The notes: generated by a model not told the origin, from the sequence alone. A stretch of 23,830 bases of DNA from Candidatus Xenobia bacterium (GCA_045863235.1 BTUM01000108.1:1-23830); one strand, 5' to 3'. Positions 1 through 9,273 are shown, counted from the stretch's first letter. Numbers and translations: made by a program.

Positions 1-305
1 CAGGCTCAGGCTCGGGCGGAGCCACCGCTACCGGCTCAACCGCAGGCTCAGGCTCGGGCGGAGCCACCGCTACGGGCTCCACCACAGGCTCAGGCTCGGG
101 AGGAACCACCGCTACGGGCTCAACCGCAGGCTCTGGCTCGGGCGGAGCCACCGCCTCTACCGGCTCCACCACAGGCTCAGGCTCGGGCGGAGCCACCGCC
201 TCTACCGGCTCAACCGCAGGCTCGGGCTCGGGCGGAGCCACAGCCACCGGCTCAACCGCAGGCTCCGGCGGAGCCACCGCTACCGGCTCAACCGCTGGCT
301 CGGGA
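1..305. repeat. Coding tandem repeat, ~42-45 bp units (about 7 copies) encoding PEPEPAVEPVAVAP-like units
   Basis: caggctcaggctcgggcggagccaccgctaccggctcaaccg recurs with small changes at 1, 43, 85 and in slightly longer variants after that. Confidence 0.85.
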
Positions 306-2269
306 TGCGCCAGTGGAGCCAGCGGGGGCAGAGCGACAGGCGTCAGCCCGGGAGGCTCATCAGGGAACGCGCTGCCCTGCTCTCCCAGGGGCAAGACGGG
401 AAGCACCGGCAAGAGCAGGTCCCCCACCTCGGGTGCGGCTGGCCATTGAGGAAACGGCGAGGCAGACTCGACTCCTGGCGAAGTCTCAGGCGGTACCGGC
501 CAGCTTGGGAAAGGCGAGGCGGACGTAGCAGGAGATGGCGGGGCCGGCCATTGCGGAAATGGAGAGGCTGTGGCCGGAGGCTGAACCGCCGGGCGCTCTT
601 CGGACCCGGACCCGACTGGCCAGATAGGGAAAGGTGAGGCATCGGGTAGAGGAGGGGGAACCGGAGCGTCGAGCGGCTTCTCCTGAGCCCCCTTGACCTC
701 TGGAAGGGCCTGGTCGACCACTTCAGCGGAGGACTCGGAAGGTTGAACCGTACCCGCCCTGGGCACCGGTGGGGAGGGCTTTGGGCCTGGCCGGGTGGGA
801 GGAGCGGGACGAGCTGGAGTCTCGTCTGACGCACTCCGCTGTACCACCGCTGGCGATTTGGGGGGGCCTGGCTTGACGGGAGGGGCCGGCCGGGGGCCGG
901 TTGGCGCCGTCCCGGTTGGTTTTGGAGGGGGGGGCGAGGGCCTGGCCCCGGTCGGGGGAGCCGGCCGGGGACCAGGAGGCTGAGGCCGCCCCAGAGGAGG
1001 ACTCTTCGGGGGACCGGCAGAGCTCGGTCGCGGAGAAGCCGGCGGTGCGGGCCTGGCTGAAACAGGCGATGCGCTCTCGACCTGGTCCAGTACGGGCTCG
1101 GCAGGCAGGATCTCAGTCTGAACCGGAGCCGGAGTTGGCTCCTCGACCACCTGGGGAGCAGGCTCGACCACAACCGCCTGAGGAGCAGGCTCGACCCCAG
1201 CCGACGCGAGCTCGACCGCCGGAGGAGCAGGCTCGACCACAGCCGGCGCGGGCTCGACCGCCTGAGGCGCAGGCTCGACCCCAGCCGACGCGGGCTCGAC
1301 CGCCTGAGGAGCAGGCTCGACCACAGCCGACCCCGGCTCAGGCTCAGCCACCGGGGGAACAGCCACAGGCCCGGCCGCAGCGGGCTCAGCCACCGGGGAA
1401 GCCAGAGTCCCTGCCGCGACGGCCGGCTCGACTGGAGCGGGCGCAGGGATGGCTTCAACCGCCGCTGGCCCGGCAGACTCGACTGCGCCCGGTGCGGGTC
1501 TGACCGGGCCGGGCGGCCGAGGCGGAGCTGGAGCCACAGGACGGGAAGGCGGACCCGGTCGCGTGGGGGGGCGCGGCGCTGCAACTGGCGCCCTGGGTGG
1601 TTTGGCCGCAGGGGTAGCAGGTTTGGGAGGAGCCGTGCTGGCAACGGCGGTCTCGGACGACTCGCCTGGTTCACCGAAGATCAGGGGAGGTACCAATTCA
1701 AACCGATGCTGGCGGTTCTGCAGGGTCACATGGACCGTGTTGGCTCCGTTGGGTTGGTACTGGGGCTTCCACGTGGCAAAGAAGCGCTCCGAGGCGCGCA
1801 ACCAGGAAGCCAGCACGGCCACCCGGTCCTCGAGGTCCTCTCCACCCGACAGCGGGGGGGCAGAAAGACCCAGCCAACGGGTATGGCGACGAGGCACAGT
1901 CTTCCCTGTGGACAACTTGCTCACAGCAAAGAAAACTTCGGCCAGGTCTTTCTGGAAGGGATCTTCAGCCTTCTTGCTCCCTACCAGGTAAGCTCGCCGG
2001 AGCAAGTCGAGGCGCTGCTCGGGGCCAGGCTGGCTGCGAGCCAGGTTGGTCAACTCCGCGTCGGCAGTCCCAGCCCGAATCAGTGCACCGGCCGTTGCCC
2101 CCGCATAATAGTTGACCAGCAACCCGAGAGCCTCTTCCAGTCTCTCGCTGGCATTCTCCAGGTCGCCCTTTTGGAGAGACTCACTGAGGCTTTGCCAAAG
2201 CTGCAGCAGCCGGGGAGGAGCCTCGCTCGGCACAGCTGGCAACGGATATTTCAACAGCTCACTGACCAC
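1..2269 (-). CDS. Large hypothetical protein, partial (3' end beyond left edge): ~200-aa globular N-terminus followed by a long Pro/Ala/Glu/Val-rich repetitive region
   Basis: Hand translation from GTG at 2269 (in-frame stop upstream at 2306-2308) gives VVSELLKYPLPAVPSEAPPRLLQLWQSLSESLQKGDLENASERLEEALGLLVNYYAG...; spot checks at 1142 (AGVEPAPQAVVVEPAPQVVE) and 2-46 (PAVEPVAVAPPEPEP) are in the same frame. Not in the ORF track because no stop lies inside the window. Start codon uncertain (TTG 2278 possible). Confidence 0.8.
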   Translation of the reverse strand, partial: MVSELLKYPLPAVPSEAPPRLLQLWQSLSESLQKGDLENASERLEEALGLLVNYYAGATAGALIRAGTADAELTNLARSQPGPEQRLDLLRRAYLVGSKKAEDPFQKDLAEVFFAVSKLSTGKTVPRRHTRWLGLSAPPLSGGEDLEDRVAVLASWLRASERFFATWKPQYQPNGANTVHVTLQNRQHRFELVPPLIFGEPGESSETAVASTAPPKPATPAAKPPRAPVAAPRPPTRPGPPSRPVAPAPPRPPGPVRPAPGAVESAGPAAVEAIPAPAPVEPAVAAGTLASPVAEPAAAGPVAVPPVAEPEPGSAVVEPAPQAVEPASAGVEPAPQAVEPAPAVVEPAPPAVELASAGVEPAPQAVVVEPAPQVVEEPTPAPVQTEILPAEPVLDQVESASPVSARPAPPASPRPSSAGPPKSPPLGRPQPPGPRPAPPTGARPSPPPPKPTGTAPTGPRPAPPVKPGPPKSPAVVQRSASDETPARPAPPTRPGPKPSPPVPRAGTVQPSESSAEVVDQALPEVKGAQEKPLDAPVPPPLPDASPFPIWPVGSGSEERPAVQPPATASPFPQWPAPPSPATSASPFPSWPVPPETSPGVESASPFPQWPAAPEVGDLLLPVLPVLPLGEQGSAFPDEPPGLTPVALPPLAPLAHPEPAVEPVAVAPPEPAVEPVAVAPPEPEPAVEPVEAVAPPEPEPVVEPVEAVAPPEPEPAVEPVAVVPPEPEPVVEPVAVAPPEPEPAVEPVAVAPPEPEP
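1141..1400. repeat. Coding imperfect tandem repeat (VEPAPQA / VEPASAG-type units)
   Basis: Recurrent ggagcaggctcgacc and gggctcgaccgcc blocks inside the minus-strand Pro-rich ORF. Confidence 0.75.
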
Positions 2270-2411
2270 TGAATACAAAAACGAGCAGCCATCCTGCTCG
2301 CATCCTCAACCTCGCTGAGTCATCCCGAGTCACGGATGACACGTTTGCATTCCCCGCCTTGCGACGAGATCCTCTCCCCGCCGGGCCCTCGAACCCGTGC
2401 AAGAGACATAG

Positions 2412-2437
2412 AAAAAGGGGCAGCCGCAGCTGCCCCT
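2412..2437 (-). terminator. Rho-independent terminator of the HU gene
   Basis: Minus strand reads AGGGGCAGC-TGCG-GCTGCCCCT-TTTT (perfect 9-bp stem plus U tract), about 20 nt after the HU stop. Confidence 0.85.
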
Positions 2438-2456
2438 CTCGGTCGAACCGAAAAGT

Positions 2457-2768
2457 TTACTTCACGGCGTCGCGCAGGGCCTTGCCCGGGCGGAAAGCCG
2501 GAACCTTGCGGGCCTTGATGTTGATCTTCTCGCCGGTGCGCGGGTTGCGGCCGGTGCGGCCCTTGCGCTCACGAATCTCGAAGCTGCCGAAAGGAATCAG
2601 GCGGACGCCTTTGCCCTTCTTCAGGTTCTCCTGGATGGTATCGAGAACCACGTTCAAGGTCTCAGCCGCATCCTTCTTCGAACGATTGGTCTTGTCGGCA
2701 ATCGCCGCGATGAGATCGGACTTTCCGATGACCTTGGACTTGGACTTCGCCTTTGACTTGACCGCCAT
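2457..2768 (-). CDS. hup: Histone-like DNA-binding protein HU, with a short Lys/Ser-rich N-terminal extension
   Basis: KSDLIAAIA...PFGSFEIRERKGRTGRNPRTGEKINIKARKVPAFRPGKALRDAVK is the HU/IHF signature. ATG at 2768 is preceded by GGAGG. 103 aa. Confidence 0.97.
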   Translation of the reverse strand: MAVKSKAKSKSKVIGKSDLIAAIADKTNRSKKDAAETLNVVLDTIQENLKKGKGVRLIPFGSFEIRERKGRTGRNPRTGEKINIKARKVPAFRPGKALRDAVK

Positions 2769-2924
2769 TGACGTGACCTCCACTTGAGTTTTCTGCAATT
2801 TCTTGCGATGCTGCTGCTTTCTCTGTTCCCATGGGATCTCCTTCTTCCATCCCTGGTCCTGCCTGGATTTTTTTTGTGGGATTTTCGTGAGGCCTTGTTC
2901 TGTTTGCTTTTGAAGCCCAGGATT

Positions 2925-3150
2925 GACTGACAAAAAAAGACTTTAAGTGATATATTTTGCACTATAAAGGACGTAAAAAGTTCGCAAACTTGAGATCCCC
3001 GCTCGAACGCTGGAAAAGCGCCTGGAACCTGTTGAATCATCTTCAATGCTGGAGGAAAATGGCTTGAGGAAAATTCCAGAGAAGCAAACAAAAAGTTAAC
3101 ATCCGCAACAAAGCGGCCCGAGCCGTGTTCGGGTCCTTGTTTAACAATCA
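2925..3150. promoter_or_regulatory. AT-rich divergent promoter region between hup and the carboxypeptidase gene
   Basis: Markedly AT-rich in a GC-rich window. A candidate minus-strand TTGCGA (2987-2982) ... TATAGT (2966-2961) pair has only a 15-bp spacer, so the exact promoter is uncertain. Confidence 0.4.
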
Positions 3151-3232
3151 GTTCACCTCTTCGCACCTGCGGATGACTAGACTCGGCTGGGGGTTGATCC
3201 AGGTCAAGAAACCTGTGCGAAAGGTGGTCCCC

Positions 3233-4606
3233 ATGTCTCTAGCTCCACTCGGAATCTACAAAGGCATCGACCAGGGTAAGCCGTTCGACGTGCATGTCGA
3301 CCGCAGCGAGGAAGCCAGCCTGATCGACAGGGACCAGGACCAGGTTCTCTCCGATCAAGAGATCATTGACTACCTGACCGAGCGCGACGACATCCCTCAT
3401 CCTCATGAGGGAGCCAAGTGCGACGTTGACAAGGTCGTGCGCGACTTCAAGCATCATCTGCGCAAGGAGCCCCTGCCCCAGGCAGCAGGCTATCACACTT
3501 ACGCCGAGCTGGGCCGCGACCTTTCCGACCTGGAAGCCCGCTACCCCAACTTGGCCCAGAAGGTCAGCCTGGGTCAGACCCCTGAAGGCAGGGAGATCTG
3601 GGCCCTCAAGATCAGCAAGGGGGTGCGCTGCGAGGACACCTCCCAGCGCACGGGAGTCGTCCTGACCGGCTGCCATCACGCTCGTGAGTGGATGTCCATG
3701 GAGGCACCGCTGTTCGTGGCCCACCAGCTCCTCGAAGGCTATGCCAGCGATCCGGAGATGAAGCGGCGGGTCGACAACGCCGAGATCTGGGTGGTTCCCC
3801 TGGTCAATCCCGATGGCTATGAGTACAGCCGCACCGACGACAACTGGTGGCGCAAGAATCGCCGCGAGGTGACCGATACCGGGTGCGGACCGATCTCGGG
3901 GCGCAAGCCCATCGGCGTGGACCTCAATCGCAATTATGATGATGGCATCCCCGAGCATGCACATCTGTATCGGCCTCCCCATGACAAGCCTTGCCGCACC
4001 GACGATGATGGCCGAGCCACCAGCGACAATCCGCGCTCGGATACCTATCGCGGGCCTCGAGGCGCCTCCGAGATCGAGACCCAGCACATGCTCAACCTCG
4101 AGCTAGGACGCAAGAACATCAAAGGAATCCTGGATCACCATGGCTATGGCGAGATGATCCTCTACCCCTGGGGCGGCACCCGCCAACCGGTGGAAAACGT
4201 GGCCGACTACAGAGATGTGGGCCGTAAGATGAATCAAGCCATGGGCAACGATTTCCGGCTGATGCAGAGCATCGAGCTCTACCCCACCTCGGGAGGTTCG
4301 CACGACATCCACCACGCCAATGGCATCATGTCTTTTACCCTCGAGATCGGACGGAGCTTCCAGCCCGACGTGGAGGACATTGACCCGATCCGGCGTCAGG
4401 TGAGCGGGGCCAACATGACCTTCATCGACGAGATCCTGGCCCGCAATCCTCCCCCGCCGCCCCCGGCCCCACCCGAGCCCCCGCCGGCTCCTGAGCCGCC
4501 GGCACCTCCCGCACCGGAGCCCCCGGCGCCCGAGCCTCCTGCTCCCGAGCCTCCGGCCCCGGAGCCTCCCCAGGATTCGTGCTGGCTGTCGCGGTTCTTC
4601 CGGTAA
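3233..4606 (+). CDS. M14 family zinc carboxypeptidase (carboxypeptidase T-like) with a C-terminal Pro-rich tail
   Basis: Motifs GCHHAREW (HxxE zinc ligands), NPDG, WRKN, GVDLNRNY, DHHGYG (third ligand His) and FTLEI (catalytic Glu). Start placed at ATG 3233 after AAGGTGG. Confidence 0.93.
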   Translation: MSLAPLGIYKGIDQGKPFDVHVDRSEEASLIDRDQDQVLSDQEIIDYLTERDDIPHPHEGAKCDVDKVVRDFKHHLRKEPLPQAAGYHTYAELGRDLSDLEARYPNLAQKVSLGQTPEGREIWALKISKGVRCEDTSQRTGVVLTGCHHAREWMSMEAPLFVAHQLLEGYASDPEMKRRVDNAEIWVVPLVNPDGYEYSRTDDNWWRKNRREVTDTGCGPISGRKPIGVDLNRNYDDGIPEHAHLYRPPHDKPCRTDDDGRATSDNPRSDTYRGPRGASEIETQHMLNLELGRKNIKGILDHHGYGEMILYPWGGTRQPVENVADYRDVGRKMNQAMGNDFRLMQSIELYPTSGGSHDIHHANGIMSFTLEIGRSFQPDVEDIDPIRRQVSGANMTFIDEILARNPPPPPPAPPEPPPAPEPPAPPAPEPPAPEPPAPEPPAPEPPQDSCWLSRFFR

Positions 4607-4608
4607 TC

Positions 4609-4635
4609 AAAGAGGCCCCGTCAGGGGCCTCTTTT
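4609..4635. terminator. Bidirectional intrinsic terminator between convergent genes
   Basis: AAAGAGGCCCC-GTCA-GGGGCCTCTTT: 11-bp perfect stem with A/T tracts, between stops at 4606 (+) and 4635 (-). Confidence 0.85.
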
Positions 4636-4976
4636 CATTCTCCTCGGGGCAACAGGGCCACGAGCCGGTCACGCTCGGCATCAGGCATGTCCTTGAAGGC
4701 GACCCCCGAGATGTGACGGTTGCAGAAATCGAAATTGCGCGACTCCTGCCACACGACCCGGGCAGCGCAGCGCACGGTGGGTTGGTCGTCGCCCAGGTCG
4801 AGGCTCATATCGAAGACCTCGTCGGACGGCAGGGGCTTGTCGGTGATGACGCGCATTCCGGTCCCGCCGGCACTCAGGCCCACCACGTGGACGACCTCCA
4901 TCCCGGGGATGCGGCAGCGCACATCAGTATCCGGTCCGAACCGGACGTAGGTGCGCCTTTCTGGATCCTCGCTCAT
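4635..4976 (-). CDS. Stand-alone PilZ domain protein
   Basis: ERRTYVR (RxxxR), GLSAGG in place of DxSxxG, then ARVVW...SGVAF...ERDRL, the PilZ barrel pattern. Confidence 0.8.
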   Translation of the reverse strand: MSEDPERRTYVRFGPDTDVRCRIPGMEVVHVVGLSAGGTGMRVITDKPLPSDEVFDMSLDLGDDQPTVRCAARVVWQESRNFDFCNRHISGVAFKDMPDAERDRLVALLPRGE

Positions 4977-4998
4977 GGCTTCCCCCGGTGATTTATGT

Positions 4999-5838
4999 TC
5001 AGGAATTATTTTCCATGTCCGCGGGAGGATCCCCTTCCGCCTCGCGTTTTTCCACGATCATCCGGTAGGCGGTCTTGTGGCTCAAGCCGGCGAAGAGCTC
5101 CAGAATTCGGGCACTGACTCGCGAACCCAGCTTGAGCTCGAGGAGACCTTCCAGAGCCATCGGGTCGACCTCAGGGGCGACCTGCTCGGGGGCCTCCTCC
5201 ACCACAATGCAAAACTCCCCCTGCGCGCGCACGATGTCGGGATCGATCAGCGTCTCCTCGTGCAGTTTGGTCAGCTCACGGGAAACCGACAGGCGCCTGG
5301 CGGGGAAAGTCGCCCGCAGGTCGGCCAGCGACTCTTCGATGCGGTGAGGTGCCTCAAAGAAGACCAGCGCTCGCGATTCTGTCTGCAACGAGCGCAGCAG
5401 AGCGCGCCGCTCGGAGGACTTACGGGGCAGAAAGCCTTCGAAGGCGAAACGTCTGACCTTCAAGCCGGATACGGACAGAGCGGCGGTGACCGAGGAGGGT
5501 CCCGCCACCGCCCTCACCGGAATACCCGCCCGGTGGGCTCGATCCACCAGCTCGCGGCCCGGGTCGGAGATGGCGGGCGTCCCCCCGTCGCTGACCAGGG
5601 CCACCGACTCCCCCTGCTCCAGGGCCTCCAGGAGGCGCTGCGCAGACTGCTCGCGATTGCGCTCTTGATAGAGCACGAAACGCGGCCCCCGAATGCCGGC
5701 GGCCGAGAGAAGACGGAGCGTTGACTCCTGCGTCTCCCCCGCCACCAGCGCCACGCTGGAGAGCACCTCGCGAGCCCGGGGGCTCAGGTCTCCCAGATTG
5801 CCGATGGGCGTGGCCACCACGTACAGGGTTCCCGGCAT
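4999..5838 (-). CDS. rsmI: 16S rRNA (cytidine1402-2'-O)-methyltransferase RsmI
   Basis: GTLYVVATPIGNLGDLSPRA, ALVSDGGTPAISDPG, FEGFLPRK, FFEAPHRI, RELTKLHEE. Confidence 0.95.
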   Translation of the reverse strand: MPGTLYVVATPIGNLGDLSPRAREVLSSVALVAGETQESTLRLLSAAGIRGPRFVLYQERNREQSAQRLLEALEQGESVALVSDGGTPAISDPGRELVDRAHRAGIPVRAVAGPSSVTAALSVSGLKVRRFAFEGFLPRKSSERRALLRSLQTESRALVFFEAPHRIEESLADLRATFPARRLSVSRELTKLHEETLIDPDIVRAQGEFCIVVEEAPEQVAPEVDPMALEGLLELKLGSRVSARILELFAGLSHKTAYRMIVEKREAEGDPPADMENNS

Positions 5839-5892
5839 CTCGTCCTGGAGACGGGAAACGGGGACGCGCCCCGCTTCCCGTCGGATCGAGTC

Positions 5893-6384
5893 CTACAACC
5901 AGTCGGTGTGGGCCGGGTGGCCCGGCATCAGCTGGGACGGCTCGAAGAAGATGGGAATCTCACGGCTGGCGCTCTCGGGAGAATCAGAGCCGTGCACGAT
6001 GTTGCGATCCACGCGCTGGGCGAAGTCGCCCCGGATGGTCCCGGGATTGGCCTGGGCCGGATTGGTGGCTCCCAGCATGGTGCGGATGATGGAGATGGCC
6101 TCCACCCCTTCCCAGACCATGGCCACGATCGGACCGCTGGTCATGTACTCCACCAGCGGCGGGTAGAAGGGCTTGCCCACGTGGGGCTCGTACAGCTTCT
6201 CAGCCAGCTTGGCGTCCATCTGCAACAAGCGCAGGCCCATCATGGCCAGGCCCCGCTCCTCGAACCGGTTGATGATCTGGCCCACCAGGCCACGGTGGAC
6301 GGCGTCCGGCTTGGCCAGCACCAGGGTGCGCTGCAGGTTGGTCTTCTGGTCCGCTTTGGACTCAGACTTGGTCTTGGTTTCCAT
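5893..6384 (-). CDS. ndk: Nucleoside-diphosphate kinase
   Basis: RTLVLAKPDAV, GATNP, PGTIRGDF, NIVHGSDS (catalytic His); GGAG upstream of the ATG. Confidence 0.97.
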   Translation of the reverse strand: METKTKSESKADQKTNLQRTLVLAKPDAVHRGLVGQIINRFEERGLAMMGLRLLQMDAKLAEKLYEPHVGKPFYPPLVEYMTSGPIVAMVWEGVEAISIIRTMLGATNPAQANPGTIRGDFAQRVDRNIVHGSDSPESASREIPIFFEPSQLMPGHPAHTDWL

Positions 6385-6406
6385 CAGGTTTCTCCTTGCT
6401 CATGTT

Positions 6407-7705
6407 TCAGGATGTCAGCTCCACGCCTCGGATCGAGGCCACGAACTGCAGTTTACGAAAAAGCTCTTCGGTCACGATCTCCCACAGAAAGCTGGACGCG
6501 GTCAACTGGGCCCGGGCCCGCAGGTTGCCCACCGCCTCGGCGTCGGCCAGGATGCTCTTGATGTAGATGGTCACCTCGCGGGCATCCTCCGAGTCGATCA
6601 CCACGCAATTCACGAAGGATTGAGCGTAGTCTTCCCCGGTCGAGCCCACGAAGGCGATCCCGCCGGTGGCCATCACCTCCAGGCCCACCAGGCCGAAGGG
6701 CTCGTGCCCCGAGTTGGCCAGCACGGCGTCGACCGAAGCGTAGACACTCTTGAGGAAGTGCTCGGGCACAAAGAAGCTCAGCTCCAGGATGTCCGCTTCC
6801 TTGTGCTGAGCCAGCTCGGCCAGGATGCTGGCCGGGGTGGGGTCCTCCACCTTGACCTCGCTCCAGACCAGGCCTTGCTCCCAGGCCCGCTGGGTGATGG
6901 GCAACCGGTAGGGCTCGTTGGCCCCGCGGACCAACAGCTTGGGAGCCATTCCCAGACGCTTCATCTCCCCCACCGCGTCCAGCGCCATCAACCAGCGTTT
7001 GTCCGGGTGGTATCGGCCCACCTTGGCCAGCAACAACCCCGGAAAGACTTCCCGCAGGCTGTGTCCCACCGAGAGATCCGGGGGATCGAGCCAGCGCCGT
7101 GGGATTCCGTTGGGGATGACCAGCGGGTTCACTCCCAGCTCCCACATCCGGTGCTTCATGTAACGGCTGACGGTGGTGATGGCGCAGGCTTGGCGCAGCG
7201 CCTGCCAGTCGATGCGCTCGAAGCCGAAGATACTGTTGGCGTTCCAGAAAACCAGCAGGTGATTGCCCAGCCCCCGGCGGAATGCGGCCTGAGCTACCTG
7301 CGTGGCCGCCTGGGCGGTGTGCCAGTCCTCGGCCAACACCACGGTGGTCACGTTGCGCTCGGCATTGGGAATCAGCACGGTTTCTTCGATGTGGGTGGGA
7401 ACCGACTGAGAAAAATCGCTGACTTTGACCTCTTCGCCGTGATAGACCCCGTTGGGGTGATGGCTGGAGATCCACTGACACCATCGATGGTAGCTCAAAA
7501 GGCCGCCCTCGAGCTCTTCGTAGAACGGGCGCTGGGGGTCACCCACGAAATAGAGCCGGGTGCGATAGCCCAGACTGGCCAGATGGTGGGAAAGCTCGGT
7601 CACTCGTACGCCCAGCCCTCCCACGAAAGAGTACTGGTCGGGGCCTTCCAGGGAGAGCAGCACAAACTCAACCCGATCAAGCGACAGCGAGCTGAGTGGA
7701 TTCAT
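6407..7705 (-). CDS. Glycosyltransferase family 4 (GT-B fold)
   Basis: GGLGVRV near the N-terminus, EDWHT, TTVSRYM, VIPNGI, and HEPFGLVGLEVMATG (E-x7-E motif). Confidence 0.9.
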   Translation of the reverse strand: MNPLSSLSLDRVEFVLLSLEGPDQYSFVGGLGVRVTELSHHLASLGYRTRLYFVGDPQRPFYEELEGGLLSYHRWCQWISSHHPNGVYHGEEVKVSDFSQSVPTHIEETVLIPNAERNVTTVVLAEDWHTAQAATQVAQAAFRRGLGNHLLVFWNANSIFGFERIDWQALRQACAITTVSRYMKHRMWELGVNPLVIPNGIPRRWLDPPDLSVGHSLREVFPGLLLAKVGRYHPDKRWLMALDAVGEMKRLGMAPKLLVRGANEPYRLPITQRAWEQGLVWSEVKVEDPTPASILAELAQHKEADILELSFFVPEHFLKSVYASVDAVLANSGHEPFGLVGLEVMATGGIAFVGSTGEDYAQSFVNCVVIDSEDAREVTIYIKSILADAEAVGNLRARAQLTASSFLWEIVTEELFRKLQFVASIRGVELTS

Positions 7706-7800
7706 AAGCCTGCCCGGTTCTCGTCGGCTGAACGAAATCCTGTGTGTGGCCTGGATTACAGCGCTCGGTCCCAGGCTGATGCTATGCTGATTTTACCAGT

Positions 7801-9171
7801 ATGTCGAGAAGAACACGGAAGCTGCGCTACGCTGTCGCCCTGATCAGCATCGGGGTGGCCCTGGTGTTCGGGCACCAGCTGCTCCAGAGCGCCCTTCAGG
7901 AGAACTGGCGCACCAATCGCCTGATGGCCCTGGCGGCGCGCCAGTCCAGCCTGTGTCTGAAGCTCCGTCCCGACAGGCCCTGGGATCAGACCCATGAGGC
8001 CAGTTTCGTCGAGCTTCAGAAGGCGCGTGATGAGTGGGCCGAGCTCTCGCGCGATCCGACCTGGACCCTGCAGGCCTGGGTGAAGGAGTTGCGCCACTGG
8101 CGCTTCGGAGAGCCCCGCTCCCAGGCTTCCAGGGCCTGGCAGGCCTGTGCCACCGAGCTGAGTCGTCGCCAGAACGAGCTGTCTCTGCAGGCGGGCATCG
8201 AATCGCAACATCTTCACGAGATGCAGCAAAGCTGGCTGGTTGGCCTGACCGTGCTGGTTCTGGTGCAGGCCTTTCTGCTGCTTGGCCCGGGAAAGCCCCC
8301 CCGGCGGCGCGAGCGGCCGGCCACCCAGCAGCGGCTGGAGGCAAACCTTGAGGCGGCCGCGCGGGTGCAGCGCTCGCTCCTGCCCGAAGCCTCCCCGGTT
8401 CTCCCGGGCGTCGAATTTGCCTGGCAGTACCAGCCGTGCGAGAAGGTAGCCGGCGACATGTACGGAGTGCAGGTGCTCGACGAGAACCGGGTCGGGCTCT
8501 ACGTCCTGGACGTCAGCGGGCACGGGATTCCGGCGGCGCTCTTGTCGGTCAGCATTTCACGCGCCCTGTCGGACGTGGAAGGCCTGCTGCACCAGCGCTC
8601 TCCGTCGGAGGTAGCCCGCGAGTTGAATCGCCGTTTTCCGGTCATGGGCCAGTCGGACCAGTTCATCACCCTGCTCTACGGCGTGCTCGATCTCGAGCAG
8701 TCCACCTTCACCTATGTCAGGGCTGGCCACCCCGGACCGGCGTTGTGCCGCCCAACGGGGCTGATGGTACAGGAGGATGACCAGGCCAGTCCGCCCATCG
8801 GCATTCTCGAGGACGTGGAGTTCCACGACGAGGTATTGCAGTTGATGCCAGGAGATCGGGTGCTGCTCTACACCGATGGCATCACCGAAGCCCCCAACGA
8901 GGATGGGGAGATGTTCGGTAGCCAGCGGCTTGCCGAGGCTCTGGCTGAGATGCGCCAGGCCAGGCTGAAGATCGCCATGGACGGCCTGCTCGAGCGCGTC
9001 AACCAGTTCAGTGGCAGGCTGCGAGATGACCTGACGGTGCTGGCCTTCGAGCTGGCCATTCCAGCCTGCGAGCCGGTGCCTCGGGGCCGCTGGCGCCAGC
9101 AGATGGCCCCCGTGGCCCGCGACCTGGCCTGGTGCGCCCGAAATTTCACCGATCGTCGCTGCTGCTCCTGA
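7801..9171 (+). CDS. Membrane-anchored PP2C/SpoIIE (RsbU-like) serine phosphatase
   Basis: Two hydrophobic segments flank a short extracytoplasmic region. The catalytic domain has VAGDMY, DVSGHGIPAAL, RAGHP, LLYTDGITEA and DDLTVL. Confidence 0.92.
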   Translation: MSRRTRKLRYAVALISIGVALVFGHQLLQSALQENWRTNRLMALAARQSSLCLKLRPDRPWDQTHEASFVELQKARDEWAELSRDPTWTLQAWVKELRHWRFGEPRSQASRAWQACATELSRRQNELSLQAGIESQHLHEMQQSWLVGLTVLVLVQAFLLLGPGKPPRRRERPATQQRLEANLEAAARVQRSLLPEASPVLPGVEFAWQYQPCEKVAGDMYGVQVLDENRVGLYVLDVSGHGIPAALLSVSISRALSDVEGLLHQRSPSEVARELNRRFPVMGQSDQFITLLYGVLDLEQSTFTYVRAGHPGPALCRPTGLMVQEDDQASPPIGILEDVEFHDEVLQLMPGDRVLLYTDGITEAPNEDGEMFGSQRLAEALAEMRQARLKIAMDGLLERVNQFSGRLRDDLTVLAFELAIPACEPVPRGRWRQQMAPVARDLAWCARNFTDRRCCS

Positions 9172-9174
9172 ACG

Positions 9175-9183
9175 TGGTATACT
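9175..9183 (+). promoter_or_regulatory. Candidate extended -10 promoter (TGnTATACT)
   Basis: TGGTATACT just after the PP2C stop; it would start transcription near 9189-9190, upstream of the oxygenase gene. Confidence 0.45.
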
Positions 9184-9188
9184 GGCTC

Positions 9189-9273
9189 ATGTGCTCGCAC
9201 TCTGGTTTTGCACATGCGCACAATCTACGAACGGGCCCGATCTAAAGTCCAAGACCACAGGCCTTACACTCTA
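9189..9273 (+). repeat. Degenerate copy of a REPIN/MITE-like palindromic element (second copy at 21389-21491, opposite strand)
   Basis: atgtgctcgcactctggttttgcacatgcgcacaatctacgaacg...taaagtccaagaccacaggccttacactcta aligns with the reverse complement of 21389-21491, apart from a central deletion. Confidence 0.8.

Noticed and set aside
343..1991. Track ORFs 343-1674 (-), 901-1503 (+) and 1449-1991 (+)
   Set aside because: Alternative frames of the GC-rich repetitive gene at 1-2269; Arg/Leu/Ser-rich translations typical of off-frame reading.
2769..2933. 55-aa N-terminal extension of HU in the ORF track (start 2933)
   Set aside because: A GGAGG RBS precedes ATG 2768; the extension runs through AT-rich leader sequence with homopolymer tracts.
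6173..7843. 556-aa plus-strand ORF
   Set aside because: Antisense to the GT4 and ndk genes, which have clear family motifs.
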